A DNA stretch of 64,000 bases, taken from NCBI GenBank assembly GCA_001724265.1, contig MEDY01000039.1:1-64000 (forward strand), in the 5' to 3' direction. The notes under the pieces were generated by a model. That model ran no database searches, had not been told where the DNA came from, and was given only the letters and a program-made list of their open reading frames with translations. Position numbers and translations under genes: made by a program. The DNA comes from Rhizaria sp. SCN 62-66. Taxonomy: Eukaryota. Within the stretch, counting starts at the first letter, position 1; each line of letters opens with the position of its first letter. Shown here one piece after another: positions 51,278 through 63,568 of this stretch.

Positions 51278-51771
51278 TGTGAACGGTCTGGAGTACGAGG
51301 ACGAGAAGGAGAATAAGAGGGTGAGATACGGCACAGCGGAGGCATTTCCAAGAAAAATCCAAATTGGATATAAGCAGTTCAGAGACATATCATATGCATA
51401 CAATCGCGCGCAGTCGAGATTTATGATCGATAAGGGCGTTATCTCTAGTGCAATATGTACTGGCGTGGCCTTCCTTTGCGACAGCGGCGATCGGGTCGCC
51501 GCGATGTCGGTTTGTGGCGGCAACCTCATCGTCGTCCAAATCTTTCGACTAGTGCAACGCGAACCTTGATTCGCGAGATATTTCTTTTACGATATGATAT
51601 CTCCTTCTTTTTTTTGAAATCTCACATTTGATTTTTTCTCGTTGACGATCAAAAACGCGCGTTCTTCAAAAAGTTCCCTACTCTTCGCAAAAGTCTCCTC
51701 CTAGTCTCTCCAGCACCCGCACGGTCCCGCCCAACGCTCTCTCCTTGGCCAGGCGCCCTCCCGCCCACCCC

Positions 51772-54700
51772 ATGTCGCAATACACACAAGGCTCCTCCGT
51801 CCCCGGCAGCGGCGGCGGGGGCGGCAGCGGCGACACCTCCCGCGAGGCGTCGCTCTTCACGCGCGCTTCGTTCGCGTCGTTGTCCGTGGTCGAGCGCAAC
51901 GACCGGCTCTTGATCGCCATTCGCGCCTCCGCCGCGTCCTTTGACCACTTTGCGGGCGCCCAGTTTGCGCTCCGCCACGGCGCGAGCCCGAACGCGACTT
52001 CCGAGGACGGCAACTCGGCGCTGCACTGGGCGTGCTGGTCCGACTTCCCCCACATCGTCCGCATGCTGGTTCACGCCGGCGCGGATATCAACCGCCGCAA
52101 CCGCGACGGACAGACGCCCGCCATGTGGGCCGCCATCGCCGGCTCTGTCACCTGTCTCTCCATGCTCGCCGAGGCCGATAACGCGCAGCGCTGTGAGGCT
52201 GTGGCCGCCGCGGTTGATGCAACGCGCGAGTCGCACTCCCGCACAGTCAACGCACTCATCTCCGCTGCTTCTGCGTCTGCCTCTGCGGGGGCTCTGATTG
52301 GCCCCGCCAAGCCGCCCACGGGGGCCGCGGGCGCCCACTCTTCTTCTCTGACTCTTGCCAGTCATGACTCCGCTAATGTTGACGCCGAGTCCGCTGCCGC
52401 CGCGAGCGCCGCCAACGTCTCGATCGCGACCGCTGCCGGTCCAGAGCCCTCGGTGGTGAACGCGCTCATCTCCCCTACCGTCGCCGTGGCCACCGCCGCA
52501 GCACGCGCGCGGTCCGTCGGCGCCAATCCAGCGCTGCCCCAGCCCACCACGGGAGGCGCCGGCGCCGCAATGTCATCGTCCCTCACCTCTTTCCTCGACG
52601 ACGATAACGCCCACGACACTAGCTCTGGCTCTAGCGCTGGCTCTGGTGTTGGTGCAAGTGTCGGTGTCGCGTCGAGCAGCGGCTGGTTGTCGGCCGCGTT
52701 TGCCTGGGACTCCAACGCGTCCCTCGCCGACTCCCGCGGCAGCGGCAGCGAGTCTTTCGTCACAGCCCGCTGCAACTCCGGCTTCACCTGCCTCCACTTG
52801 GCCACGCGCTACGTCAAGCGCGCCGCCGTCGACTTCCTCCTGTCGCTGGGCAGCGATATTGACGCCCGCGACGCCCGCGGCCGCACGCCATTACACCACG
52901 CGCTCGAGTTCAACCACATCCCCGTCGCCGAACTGCTTATCACACGCGGCGCCGATGCCGCAGCGCGCGATGTCGACGGGAACACACCGCTGCACGCACT
53001 CACCGCGGCGGGGGACTTCCGCGAACTCGCCACGCTGCTGATGCGGTTTTACAACTTTGCACCGCTGGCGCCGCTGCGCAACGACGCCGGGGAGACGGCG
53101 GCGGACGTGGCGCGGAAGATGAACTACGGCAAGCTCGCCTCGATCATCAGCAAGCGCGATCCCAGCCGCAAGGGGCGGCTTGACTTACTCTACGCGCGTG
53201 TGTGCACGTTTACGGAGAGCGGGAAAGACGCGAGCATGATGTGGATCGGTTTCTGGCTCTTTGCGTGGATCACGCTGTGGCTGTTCCACCACATCATCTT
53301 CATGTTCCCCGTCTTCCAAGAGCAATCCGTCGCCGACGCCGCCGCGGTTGCTGCGGCTGACGCGGCGACACGCGCCATCACAGCGCCCGGCGTGTCGGTC
53401 ACGGCCGCAAACGAGGCCGCCGTCGCCGCCGCAGCTGCAGCAGCAGCGGCGGTGCGCGCCTCGGCGTCGTCTTTGCCGCCGGTCACCACCGTGCTGTTCT
53501 GGATCGGCGGCTTCGCGACGATCGCGGCGTGGCTTATCTGCCACTACGCGGACCCGGGGTATATGCTGCCGGCGCCGCAGCTCGTCCGCGGTATCCGTGT
53601 TCCTGTGCTCGACTCCAACACAAACAGCCACAGCAACAGCAACAGTAATGCCAACCCACGCGCAGGGAATCGCGCGCAACACCATAACCAAGCCCTCGCG
53701 AATCCCAACTCTCCTGTGGGCGACAATAGCAACAGCAACAACAACGGGATCAAGACCCGGTACGCGCTAGTCGCTGACCCAGTGTACTTATCTCTGCTTG
53801 CCCCGCCGAGCCCGCTGCCAACCACGACCGGCGCGAGCTCTGCTGACGGGAGCAGCCGTTGCGCGCACGGCCTCTCCGCCTGCTCTGCCAGCGGGAGCCG
53901 CAGCGGCGGTAGCAACGGGTTCGGCGCGCTAGCGTCTGGCCCGCCGCCGCTGTGGCCGCTGCCGCTGCGCTCCCTCGCGCGCGCGCTGCTGCGCGTGCCG
54001 CTGCTCCCGCCCTCCGCCGTCGGCCGGCTGATGGCGCTCTACCGGTCCGGACTCGTCAGTAGCAACGAGCTCTTGCCTGCAACGGCTGCGGCAGCCACGG
54101 CGCCCGCAGTCGCTGACCTCAGCAACGGCTCTGTGGGCGCCCATAACAACGGCAGCGCGAAGGCTGCCAGTTTAGAGACTGTGCCGCTGTTGCCGTTGCA
54201 GCGCGTGCCGGCGTCATCGCTGCACTCGCTCTCAGCCGCGCCTGTGCTGCTGGGCAGTGTAAGTACCTCGCAGTGCACATCTAAGGGTGGCAAGTGCAAG
54301 TCTGGAGACGGCGCGCTACCTAAGACGACGCGTTTGAGCACTCCGCACCCACTGGCACTCATGATGACCGCGTACTGCCACAGTCTCTCCCAAGACGAGT
54401 CCTCCTCTCTGACCGCGACCGTGACCGCGACCGGGAGCACGGGTGAAGTGAAGCCGCCCTCCGCGCAGGGCCCGCCAACCGGTGCCCTGGCGCTGCCGGC
54501 GACGTCCCCGCTGGCGCTCGCGGCCGCGCTCACGGTCACTCTGCTCTCTCACCCGGCGCGGCTGCGCGTGCTGGCTGTGGAGAGCCCCGCGAAGGCGCGC
54601 GCTGCGCTGGCGGCGGCGGCCACGGTCGCGGCGGCGTTGCGCGCTGTGGCGGCAAGCCCCGCTGCCCGCAAAGCGCTCTGTACACCTAGCAACAGCAACT

Positions 54701-57700
54701 CTGTCAACACAGGCAACGTCAAAGAAATGATGGGACACAAGAGCGCGGGCGGCTTGCCTTCTGGTCACACCAATGATGTCGAGACAGGCTCACAGTCGCA
54801 GTTGCAGTCGCCCAGTGGCTCGGGCTCGAACGCCCAATACTACGACACTGCTGCGGTGTCTGCCGCAACCAGCGCCCTCGAAGCTGCGCTCTCGGTCAAC
54901 ACCAACGGCGGCGCGGACTCGCTGCTGGTGTCGGTCTGGCGCGCACTGCGTGATCCCTCGCTGTTACCATACCATGACGACGTCACTTTGTCGCTCTCGC
55001 TCTGTCCTGGCCTCACTCTTTGCAGCACGAACAATAGCAACAACAACAAACGGGGCTCCAACAGTGCGGCCCACGGTCTCTTGCCGCGTCCCATCGTCTC
55101 TAAGCTCGCGGATCCCGTGGGCGCGCGCACCGCGGGGGGCGGCCTAACTTCCGGCTTATTCTCCGGCGCACCTGTCAACTCGTTCGCGTCTCGCTTCACG
55201 TCCCTCGTCTTCTCTGCATCTGCTTCAGCACCCGCTGCTGCATTCGGTTCGAACAGTGCGGCGGCGAATGCGCACGGCTTCCCCAGTCTGCTGCGCACGC
55301 CGCACTACCCGTTCGCGTCTCTGCTGCCGCGCATCTGGGCCACTCCTATCTTGCCGCTCGCCGTCCCTCGCCAGTGGGCCGTCTTCGCCCTCGCACTCTG
55401 CCCACAGTCGCTCGCGCTCGACAATCCCGCGCGCGCGTTCATCACAGGCGCCGCCGTCTCGGCCAACAGCGCCGACGCCGACGCTGACATTGACAGCGAC
55501 AGCAACTTCGGCCTTCCAAGCGCGCGCCGCCGTGCCGGGATCGTCGCGCGCACCGCGGCGCTGGCCAAAGAGCGCGCGCGCGTTGTCAGCGGCTGGTGTG
55601 AGGCGCTGTGGGTCGGCACTGCGCGGCGGCTGTTGCAAGCCGCGAAACGGGCCACGGGCGGCGCGAAACGCAAGGACAGCGCGGGCGAAGACGAGTCGGG
55701 CGCCGAACGCGTGGCGCTCGCTGCGCTGTCCACAGTCAGCGGCGCGATGGGCGGGAGCAATGGCAAGAGTGCGAAGTGCCGTGGGGGTGACGGCGATGGT
55801 GGCGCGTTGATGGAGGATGATACTGACTGTGAGACGACTGATGTTGAGGTCGGCGCAGCGGCCTCCCTTTCCTCTTCGCAATCAGCTGCAAATGCGGCTC
55901 ATTCTGCGTCGGCTGGGAGTGAGTCTGCGCCGTCACTCGGCCGCAGCCTCCGCTCACAGTCTCAGTCGTCCCAATCGCGCAGTCCGGTCAGCCCGATTCC
56001 GAGCGCCGGAACTGCGAGCGTCGCTGAGTCAGCGCTCGCCAGTGTGTTTTCCACCGGTGACGTCACCACTGACCGGTTGCTCCACAGCCTCATGGCCGCG
56101 ATCCTCTCTGCCGGCAGCGCCCCGGCTGACCGGGAGCAGCAAGATCTCGACGATGACCGTGAGTCAGCTGACCGTGAGCAGCAGCAGCAGCAGCAGTCGG
56201 GGCACGTGCAGTGGGGCACTGCGTGCCGCTCGTCGCTGCCGCTGCGGGGGTCTTGGCTCACCCAGCCGCAGCCGCTGTCACACCGCCAGGAGGGTTTCCT
56301 GCCCCCGCTCGCGCCCTTTTCGCTCGCTGGCTCCGCTATCGGGCCCTGGGCCAGCGGTGACAGCAGTCGCGCTCACGCGAACAACTCAGACGACGAAGAC
56401 GACAACGACAGCTACGGCGGCGACGACGACTACGACGATGACAACTCCTACGGCGACGATAACGGCGACGCCGACATCGAGTTTAAGAACGGTCAAGTCA
56501 TCACCCAGCAGTCCCGCCGTGCCCACGCCGCTTCCCTGGCCGCCGCCGCCCGCTTGCGCGCGCGCCGCCACTGCCCCGGCCCCGTGGCCTCGGCCGCGCT
56601 CGCTGCGCTCGCCGTCCCTGCGGACACAGCGGCGGTGCTTGTGCTCTTAACCGAGCTCGAGCGCGCGCTGACGCACTTGCTCACCCCGCTTACCACCGCG
56701 GCGCTCGCACCGACTCACAACTCAAGCGGCGCCGCCCTCGCAGCACCGAATCTGAGCGTCGCCCCGCTGCGGCCCGCGCGCGCTCTCCGCGCGTTCCTGT
56801 GTCCCGCCTTCACCGTCGGCTCGCAGTGGCTGCCCTCGCACCCGTACTTGGCCCCAGTGGCGAAGCTCCACCGCGTGCGCAACGCCGCCAGCGTGAGGAT
56901 CCTCGGCGCCGGCATGGCGGGCCCGCTCCCGCTGCTGCCCTTTACGCGCCGCACCCGCGTGGCGACGATCGCGGCCGAGGTCAACACGGGCGCAGACGCG
57001 CCGCTCACCGCGCCCACGGTCACCGCCACGGCCACGGTCACCGCCGCGACGGGCGCCGTGCTGACCGGCGGCGCGGCGGGGGTTCCGGTGCTCACTGTCG
57101 CTGACTCACTGCGGCCCGCGGCACTCGAGGGCGATGCGGTGGAGCCGCCGCCGCCGACGGGCCCCGCCTCGTCACTATGGGCGCTGCTCGTCGCCGCCGT
57201 TGCCGACGCGTCGCACCGCGCAGTCGCGCGCACTCGCGCCGCCGTGCTCCCGCGCTTTGCCGCGGCGCCCGCGCCGTCGGCCACCGTCGCCCCAGCCGCC
57301 GGCGCCGCGCTGTGGGCTGGCTCCGCGTCGCAGGCGCGCTTGGACGCGTCTGCAGTGGCGCTGCGCAGTCTGACTGCCGCGCTCGCGCTCACGGTCACCA
57401 CGCGGGTCGCAGTGCAGTGCGGCGGGGCGCTCACCACGCCGTTGCCGCCCGCGCTCGCCGCCGCCGTCGCCGCCACTGCCGAGGCCGACGCGGCCGGCGC
57501 CAGCGCGAGCCCGAGCGCAGCGAACACGCCGGCCTCGGCCTCGGCTTCAGGCTCAGCGCCGAGCGCTGTCGCTGTGGCGGCCGCGGTCGGCGCCGCGAGC
57601 GTCGGCCTGCCCGGCACCGTCGCGGCCGCCTTCGCCGCGGTCAGCAGCGACAGCACCGTGGCGCACGCCCCGCGCGGCGTCGCCCTGGGCTGGGGTGACC

Positions 57701-60285
57701 GCGGCGCGACAGCGGCGGCGGTGCGCACGACGCTGCTCACGGTCGCTGCGGCTGTGCGCGAACAGCGCAGGCGCGCCGCGGCCGCGGTCGGCGTGCGGTG
57801 GAGTCGCCGCCATAATGGCGAGGCGGAGGCCGGGGCGCTGGCTGGCGACTGGGAAACTCCCGTTCGTCTCCAGATCAACCGCAAGGCCTCCAAGCCCGTC
57901 AAGACTGGCAACGACAATGACAATGATGAGAACAGCGACGACGATAGCGACGACGACGGTGGGTTCGAGAGCGACCAAGAGGCCGACGCCTTCACGGCTC
58001 TTTCTCCAAGCTCAGCCTGCCCCTCAGCCGCCGCGACCCGGGTCGGCGCCGGCCTTGGTACTCTCTCCGCCTCTCAGTATCAGTCAAACGCCGACGCCGA
58101 CGCCGACGCCCACTCAGGCTCTGGCTTCGGCGCTGCGGCGAGCATTTCTGCGGCGCACGCCGCCACATCGCCCGTGGCCGCTGCGGACGCGCCGCGGCAG
58201 CGCTGGCTGGACACGCTCAACGACGCGCTGCGCGAGATGGCGGTGGGCATTTCCGCGCCCGCGCGCAGTGTTGCGGCTGCGACTGCGCTCGGCGTGGTGT
58301 TCACGGCCGCAAACACAAGCGGTCGCACGCACGGCGAGTCGGAGGTTGTGGATGCGGTGAACGTGATCTCGACGCACGCGTACAACGGCGGCGCTCAGAA
58401 CAACGCTAACACCAAGGACGGCTATGCGCAGCTGTCCGTGACCGACAAGAGCGGCTCTGCCAGCGGCGGCGACGCTGGCGGTGACGATGATGATGGGGAG
58501 TGCGAGCAGTTGTTCGATGACAACGCGACGCACTCGTACATGAGCGGTGACCCTTTCCACCCCGCGTCGTGGTACAACCCCAACAACGACAACACAAACG
58601 CCAACAGCAACAATAACACGCACTCCGCCACTAGCGCTTTGCTCCACTCACACTCGCAGTTACACTCGCAGTCACAGAGGAGTTACGTGCCGTTCGTTCT
58701 CGCGCCCCCGACTCTGGCGCCTGAGTTGTCGCCGCTTGCCTCGCCCTGGGAAGCCGCGTCGCGCTTCCTTGCGCTCCAGTCCCTCGGTGTGCACCACCCC
58801 AACCTCGTCTGTCTGACGTGCCGCGTGGCCAAACCCGCGCGCGCGAAGCACTGCCGCCGGTGCGACCGCTGCGTGTACCGCCACGACCACCACTGTCCGT
58901 GGGTCGACACCTGCGTGGGCGCGCACAACTACCGCGCCTTCATGTCGTTCGTCACGCTCGGCACGGTGCTGTCATGGGCGTACGTCTTCCTCGCCGTGAT
59001 GTACGTGCTCACGACGGGGCTGCTCGGCAGCGGCGGCATGCAGCGCACGCCGCTCAAGCCGCCCCGCGTTCTCCCGCTCGCGCTCGGTTCTGCGCTTTCT
59101 GCCTCTGCTGCTTCGAGTGGTGCAAGCGCTGGTATGACGACGCAAGCGCTGGCGGACGCCGTGGAGCTGGCCGTCACCGCGATCGTCGCCGCGACGCCCG
59201 GCACACTCGCGCACCCGCCGCGGTGGGCCGTTATGTGGGGCTGGAGCGGCGCCGTCACACTGTGCAGTCTCGCGCACGCCGTGTTCATGGCGCTGTTTGT
59301 CACCGTGCTCTGGGTGTCGCACCTTTACCTCATCTCCGGGAATAACACCACGCAGGAGCAGATTGCGCCGGCATCGTATCTGCACCACTATGACAAGGGC
59401 TTCTGGCGCAACTGGTGGGCGTTCTTCAAGGGCCCCGCCACAGAGCCGCTGCTTTTCCCCATGCCCGTGCTCTCCCGCCCCGTGCGCATGCTGCTCGACG
59501 GCGCCGTGCCTCCGCGCTCTGCGAACGCAAACAGCAAAAACAAGGCGAGCGCAAAGTCAAGCCGTCGACAGTCTGCACGCACTAGTGCTGGCGCCGGTGT
59601 AAGTACCCCCTTAGCCACCGCGGGCGAGTTCTCTGACGACGACAGCGCTGACGCCCCCTCACCGGTCGCGGTCCGGCTTGACCCTGCAGTGCGCGTGCCT
59701 GGGCTCTACACGCCGCACCAGGGCGCCGCGGCCGGTGTGGTGGCCCCGCTGCAGCCGTACGGCGCGGTGAACACGCCGCACACGCCGCACGTGATGAGTT
59801 ATGAGCAGCTGGCGGTGATGCAGCGGAATAATAACGCGCGCGCGCAACAGGCAGCCGCTGCGTACAACACGAACCCCAACGCTGGCGTATCTAATTTGAG
59901 TGCGAATGCGAATGCGAACGCGGGTGCGTTGGGCCATAATATGACGCCGGGGGCGATGAGCTTTGCGGAGCGGTATCTGGCCATGGGCGGCACTGTTGAG
60001 GGCCTCCGTGAAGCCACCAACGCAAACAACGCCAATAACATTAATAGCACCAATCATACCGCCAACAGGAGCGCTGGAATGGTGTCCGCTGCGCCGGCGA
60101 CTGTACCTGTTGGTGGCGCGGCCACGGTCGGCCTTGCTCCGAGCGAGATGGACCGCGGCGGACTGACGCGGATGCCCGGCCCGGCGCTGGGGCCCGGGGG
60201 AGCAATGCCGGTGTTTGCGCCGTTGGGACAGATCGTCGGTCTTAATAACAACGTTAACCCTAAGAACAGCGCGCAACAAAAGTAA
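51772..60285 (+). CDS. Ankyrin-repeat DHHC palmitoyltransferase (Akr1/ZDHHC13/17/TIP1 type), ~2,837 aa, single exon
   Basis: N-terminal ankyrins ([36 protein letters not shown]), TM segments, DPG (53551), [47 protein letters not shown] (from 58810), TTQE and YDKGFWRNW. Ends in TAA. Confidence 0.92.
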   Translation: MSQYTQGSSVPGSGGGGGSGDTSREASLFTRASFASLSVVERNDRLLIAIRASAASFDHFAGAQFALRHGASPNATSEDGNSALHWACWSDFPHIVRMLVHAGADINRRNRDGQTPAMWAAIAGSVTCLSMLAEADNAQRCEAVAAAVDATRESHSRTVNALISAASASASAGALIGPAKPPTGAAGAHSSSLTLASHDSANVDAESAAAASAANVSIATAAGPEPSVVNALISPTVAVATAAARARSVGANPALPQPTTGGAGAAMSSSLTSFLDDDNAHDTSSGSSAGSGVGASVGVASSSGWLSAAFAWDSNASLADSRGSGSESFVTARCNSGFTCLHLATRYVKRAAVDFLLSLGSDIDARDARGRTPLHHALEFNHIPVAELLITRGADAAARDVDGNTPLHALTAAGDFRELATLLMRFYNFAPLAPLRNDAGETAADVARKMNYGKLASIISKRDPSRKGRLDLLYARVCTFTESGKDASMMWIGFWLFAWITLWLFHHIIFMFPVFQEQSVADAAAVAAADAATRAITAPGVSVTAANEAAVAAAAAAAAAVRASASSLPPVTTVLFWIGGFATIAAWLICHYADPGYMLPAPQLVRGIRVPVLDSNTNSHSNSNSNANPRAGNRAQHHNQALANPNSPVGDNSNSNNNGIKTRYALVADPVYLSLLAPPSPLPTTTGASSADGSSRCAHGLSACSASGSRSGGSNGFGALASGPPPLWPLPLRSLARALLRVPLLPPSAVGRLMALYRSGLVSSNELLPATAAAATAPAVADLSNGSVGAHNNGSAKAASLETVPLLPLQRVPASSLHSLSAAPVLLGSVSTSQCTSKGGKCKSGDGALPKTTRLSTPHPLALMMTAYCHSLSQDESSSLTATVTATGSTGEVKPPSAQGPPTGALALPATSPLALAAALTVTLLSHPARLRVLAVESPAKARAALAAAATVAAALRAVAASPAARKALCTPSNSNSVNTGNVKEMMGHKSAGGLPSGHTNDVETGSQSQLQSPSGSGSNAQYYDTAAVSAATSALEAALSVNTNGGADSLLVSVWRALRDPSLLPYHDDVTLSLSLCPGLTLCSTNNSNNNKRGSNSAAHGLLPRPIVSKLADPVGARTAGGGLTSGLFSGAPVNSFASRFTSLVFSASASAPAAAFGSNSAAANAHGFPSLLRTPHYPFASLLPRIWATPILPLAVPRQWAVFALALCPQSLALDNPARAFITGAAVSANSADADADIDSDSNFGLPSARRRAGIVARTAALAKERARVVSGWCEALWVGTARRLLQAAKRATGGAKRKDSAGEDESGAERVALAALSTVSGAMGGSNGKSAKCRGGDGDGGALMEDDTDCETTDVEVGAAASLSSSQSAANAAHSASAGSESAPSLGRSLRSQSQSSQSRSPVSPIPSAGTASVAESALASVFSTGDVTTDRLLHSLMAAILSAGSAPADREQQDLDDDRESADREQQQQQQSGHVQWGTACRSSLPLRGSWLTQPQPLSHRQEGFLPPLAPFSLAGSAIGPWASGDSSRAHANNSDDEDDNDSYGGDDDYDDDNSYGDDNGDADIEFKNGQVITQQSRRAHAASLAAAARLRARRHCPGPVASAALAALAVPADTAAVLVLLTELERALTHLLTPLTTAALAPTHNSSGAALAAPNLSVAPLRPARALRAFLCPAFTVGSQWLPSHPYLAPVAKLHRVRNAASVRILGAGMAGPLPLLPFTRRTRVATIAAEVNTGADAPLTAPTVTATATVTAATGAVLTGGAAGVPVLTVADSLRPAALEGDAVEPPPPTGPASSLWALLVAAVADASHRAVARTRAAVLPRFAAAPAPSATVAPAAGAALWAGSASQARLDASAVALRSLTAALALTVTTRVAVQCGGALTTPLPPALAAAVAATAEADAAGASASPSAANTPASASASGSAPSAVAVAAAVGAASVGLPGTVAAAFAAVSSDSTVAHAPRGVALGWGDRGATAAAVRTTLLTVAAAVREQRRRAAAAVGVRWSRRHNGEAEAGALAGDWETPVRLQINRKASKPVKTGNDNDNDENSDDDSDDDGGFESDQEADAFTALSPSSACPSAAATRVGAGLGTLSASQYQSNADADADAHSGSGFGAAASISAAHAATSPVAAADAPRQRWLDTLNDALREMAVGISAPARSVAAATALGVVFTAANTSGRTHGESEVVDAVNVISTHAYNGGAQNNANTKDGYAQLSVTDKSGSASGGDAGGDDDDGECEQLFDDNATHSYMSGDPFHPASWYNPNNDNTNANSNNNTHSATSALLHSHSQLHSQSQRSYVPFVLAPPTLAPELSPLASPWEAASRFLALQSLGVHHPNLVCLTCRVAKPARAKHCRRCDRCVYRHDHHCPWVDTCVGAHNYRAFMSFVTLGTVLSWAYVFLAVMYVLTTGLLGSGGMQRTPLKPPRVLPLALGSALSASAASSGASAGMTTQALADAVELAVTAIVAATPGTLAHPPRWAVMWGWSGAVTLCSLAHAVFMALFVTVLWVSHLYLISGNNTTQEQIAPASYLHHYDKGFWRNWWAFFKGPATEPLLFPMPVLSRPVRMLLDGAVPPRSANANSKNKASAKSSRRQSARTSAGAGVSTPLATAGEFSDDDSADAPSPVAVRLDPAVRVPGLYTPHQGAAAGVVAPLQPYGAVNTPHTPHVMSYEQLAVMQRNNNARAQQAAAAYNTNPNAGVSNLSANANANAGALGHNMTPGAMSFAERYLAMGGTVEGLREATNANNANNINSTNHTANRSAGMVSAAPATVPVGGAATVGLAPSEMDRGGLTRMPGPALGPGGAMPVFAPLGQIVGLNNNVNPKNSAQQK

Positions 60286-60968
60286 TTATGATGCGGGTGT
60301 GAGATCTAATATGTAGTTAATAATTTGATATATTTATTGATAATTTTTTTGTGAAAAAAAATACAGTATTCCTTTGCCTGTCACTTTTGCCCGTGCTGAC
60401 CAATCTTACGACTTACCTTGGTTCCCATATTTTCATGAAAACGAATCAGGAGAAGTAGCTAAGATACGATTTATTGGAGTCATACATCAAGCTCTATAAA
60501 AAGCTCAATTAATTCTCGATTTTTTCGCATCTGTTCCTTTTTATGATGATCATTCAAGAGGTTTTCTCGTCATTGCACATGGCTTAGATTAACTTTTTCC
60601 AATTTTTTACGAAATATGATGTGTCAATTGATACAAAACTTATACCAAGCAACCTATCCTTAATTTTACCTGTGAAATTATTGTTTATATCTCAAGTGGC
60701 ACTTATTATTACGTATAAATCTTCAAAAATGTCAACAAAAATGAGGCGAGCTGGCGAAATTTTTTGTATACCTGGAGCCTTAAAATTAATATTTTTCTAA
60801 AAGTGTATGAAAGGTGTCATTTTTGTTCAAGCTCAAAATAAAAAAATACAACAATTCTTTAAAAAGTTTAATTCTCGTTTATTTCCGCTTATGTTTTCTT
60901 AGCGACGTGATAAACGCAGCTACATGTAAGCAGCACTTGGAAACCCACACGGAACATGAGACAATGGA

Positions 60969-60999
60969 TAGAATAGATTAGATTAGAATAGATTAGATT
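60969..60999. repeat. Short pentanucleotide microsatellite (TAGAA/TAGAT)n
   Basis: tagaatagattagattagaatagattagatt in the spacer between two convergent genes. Confidence 0.7.
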
Positions 61000-61658
61000 G
61001 TATTTTTTGTCGTCCCTTGCCTTGGTTGCAGGGCCAAGAAGACGTTTAGAGGACACAGTCAAGTTGTTAGATCAAGCCAGCAACTTATCACGTGCTAAGT
61101 AACAAGAGATGCTGACTGCGTTATTATTTTGTGGTGTTATTTAGATAAGACACAAGCGCGGGGTCAAAAGGACTTCGCACGCGCTTGTGTGAAGGGACTG
61201 CGCACCACACGTGAAAATAGAGTTAGGGCCAGTTGCGTTAATATAAGAAAACACAACCAAAACCTGACTACGAAAAAAGAAAATAAGGAGGAAAGAGAGT
61301 GATGAAATAACGAAGAAAAAAAGAAAAAGTGTTGTTGTTGCTAAAAAACCTTTGAAGCGTTGTGAAACGAAAAACGAAAAACATTGACAACACAATTCAC
61401 ACTCTCATTCACAGGAGAGCAAACCCAAGTGTGTGGGTACATGATGTGTGGCATGTGTGATCGTGGTTGTAGGTAAATAAAACCAACTCGGCCGCGCGTG
61501 AGAACACCCAAGCCTAGCCGAGCGGTCAGGTGACGCAGCAAACACGATGAGAGAAGAAATACATCATCATGTCACGCTGCATCCCCTTGATGTTGGTGTT
61601 GTGGCGGTGGATTGCTAACTCACCGTCACACTGGGAGAGACCGCTTTCTGCCGCTTGC

Positions 61659-61889
61659 TTAGTGGAGGTCGAGCACAGGGGTGGGCTTGCCAGCGTTGAA
61701 GTCCTTGATACGCTGTTCAATGTGGGGGCGGAAGTTGCGGATCAGGCCCTGAACAGGCCACGCGGCGGCGTCACCGAGCGCGCAGATGGTGTGGCCCTCG
61801 ATCTGCTTTGTCAGCTCCCAGAGCATGTCAATCTCAGCCTCCTTGAAGTCACCGCGCACCATGCGCTTCATCATCTTGTCGACCCACGT

Positions 61890-61922
<33 letters not shown>

Positions 61923-63568
61923 CGACTCGTGCTTGTAGAAGTGCGACAGACGCGCAATCGCCTTGATCATGTCGGTGCTCTTGTCCATGACGATGACGGC
62001 GGCGGTGCCGAGACCGGACTGGACGTCCTTGAGCGCGTCGAAGTCCATCAGCACCGTGTCACAGACGGACTTGGGCAGCACGGGGACGGAGGAGCCGCCG
62101 GGGATGATGCCCAGGAGGTTGTCCCAGCCGCCGCGGACGCCGCCGCAGTGCTTCTCGATGAGGTCCTTGAGCGGGATGGACATCTCCTCCTCGACGACGA
62201 TAGGGTTGTTGACGTGGCCAGAGATGGCGAAGAGCTTGGTGCCGGCGTTGTTCTTGCGGCCGAGACCAGCGAACCAGGAGCCGCCACGGCGGAGGATGGT
62301 CGGGGACACGGCGACGGTCTCGACGTTGGTGACCGTGGTGGGGCACCCGTAGAGGCCCATGTTTGCCGGGAACGGGGGCTTCAGACGGGGCTTGCCCTGC
62401 TTGCCCTCGAGCGACTCGATCATGGCAGTCTCCTCACCGCAGATGTACGCACCGGCACCGCGGCAGACGTAGACGTCGAAGTCGTAGCCGGAGCCAGAGG
62501 CGTTCTTGCCGATGAAGCCCTTGGCGTAGGCCTCCTCGACGGCGCGGTCGAGGCAGTTGGCCTCGTACCAGAACTCACCACGGATGTAGATGTACGCGGC
62601 CTTAGCGCCCATGGCGAAGCCAGCGAGGAGAGCACCTTCGATAAGCTTGTGCGGGTCGTGACGCATGATCTCACGGTCCTTGCACGTGCCGGGCTCGGAC
62701 TCGTCGGCGTTGATGACGAGGTACTGGGGGCGGCCGTCGGACACCTTGGGCATGAAGGACCACTTCAGGCCAGAAGGGAAACCGGCACCACCGCGGCCAC
62801 GCAGGCCGGACTAAGCAAGAGAAGGACAAAGAAGGGGGTCATAGACAGGAGTGAAAGAGCGTGAGTGAACGAAGCAGAAGCAGAGCGCAACAGAAACTCT
62901 CCGACGGAAGCAAAGACGTTGCGGTGTTATGAAGGACGTACGGCCTTGACCTCGTTGACGATCCAGTCACGACCAAGGTGAATGAAGTCCTTGGTGCGGT
63001 GCCAGTCACCCTGTGCGTAACAAAGAGCGCGGCAGAAGGGGCGTGCAGTGGGGAAGAGGCGAGAGAAGAACGCCAGAGGCCAGAGCGGACAGGAGCGGGA
63101 AGATGAGAGAGGAAAAAAAAGAGGTGAGTTGAAGGACAAAACAAAGCTGAATAAGAATACGGAAGAAATATGAAAGATGGAACAGGGCGGATGTTGAAGA
63201 AAGACGTACTCGCTTGAGAGCGCCATCGATGAAGGCGTCCTGCTTGTTGTAAAGGTTGGTGAAGATGCGGTCCTCATCCTTGAGGCCACCGTGAACGCGC
63301 GCGGGGGCAGCGGGGGCGGCAGCCGCAGCAGTGGAGAGAAGACGAGCACCTATAGACAAAGAAGGCAACAAGACACAATATCGTGAGATTCACTGCCTTA
63401 AACACGAGCGCTGACACCCTACACAGGGTCAAAGTGGGCGCTGATGACCGAGAGCACTGGGCTCACCCTCGACTGGCGACAGTCTTCGGGATATTGTGCG
63501 GGCAAATCAACGTAGTACGTACCGATAGTGCTCGTCCGCGAAACTCCCTTCGCAACGTTACCGAGCAT
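61659..63568 (-). CDS. NDUFV1: NADH:ubiquinone oxidoreductase 51-kDa flavoprotein subunit, mitochondrial precursor (~468 aa, 4 exons)
   Basis: Exons 63568-63523, 63349-63210, 63010-62942 and 62810-61659 (TAA); all donors are GTACGT. Motifs: [85 protein letters not shown]. The N-terminus resembles a transit peptide. Confidence 0.98.

Noticed and set aside
61569-62864. 431-aa plus-strand ORF antisense to NDUFV1
   Set aside because: It is a mirror-frame product of strong codon bias in the real gene and has no recognisable motifs.
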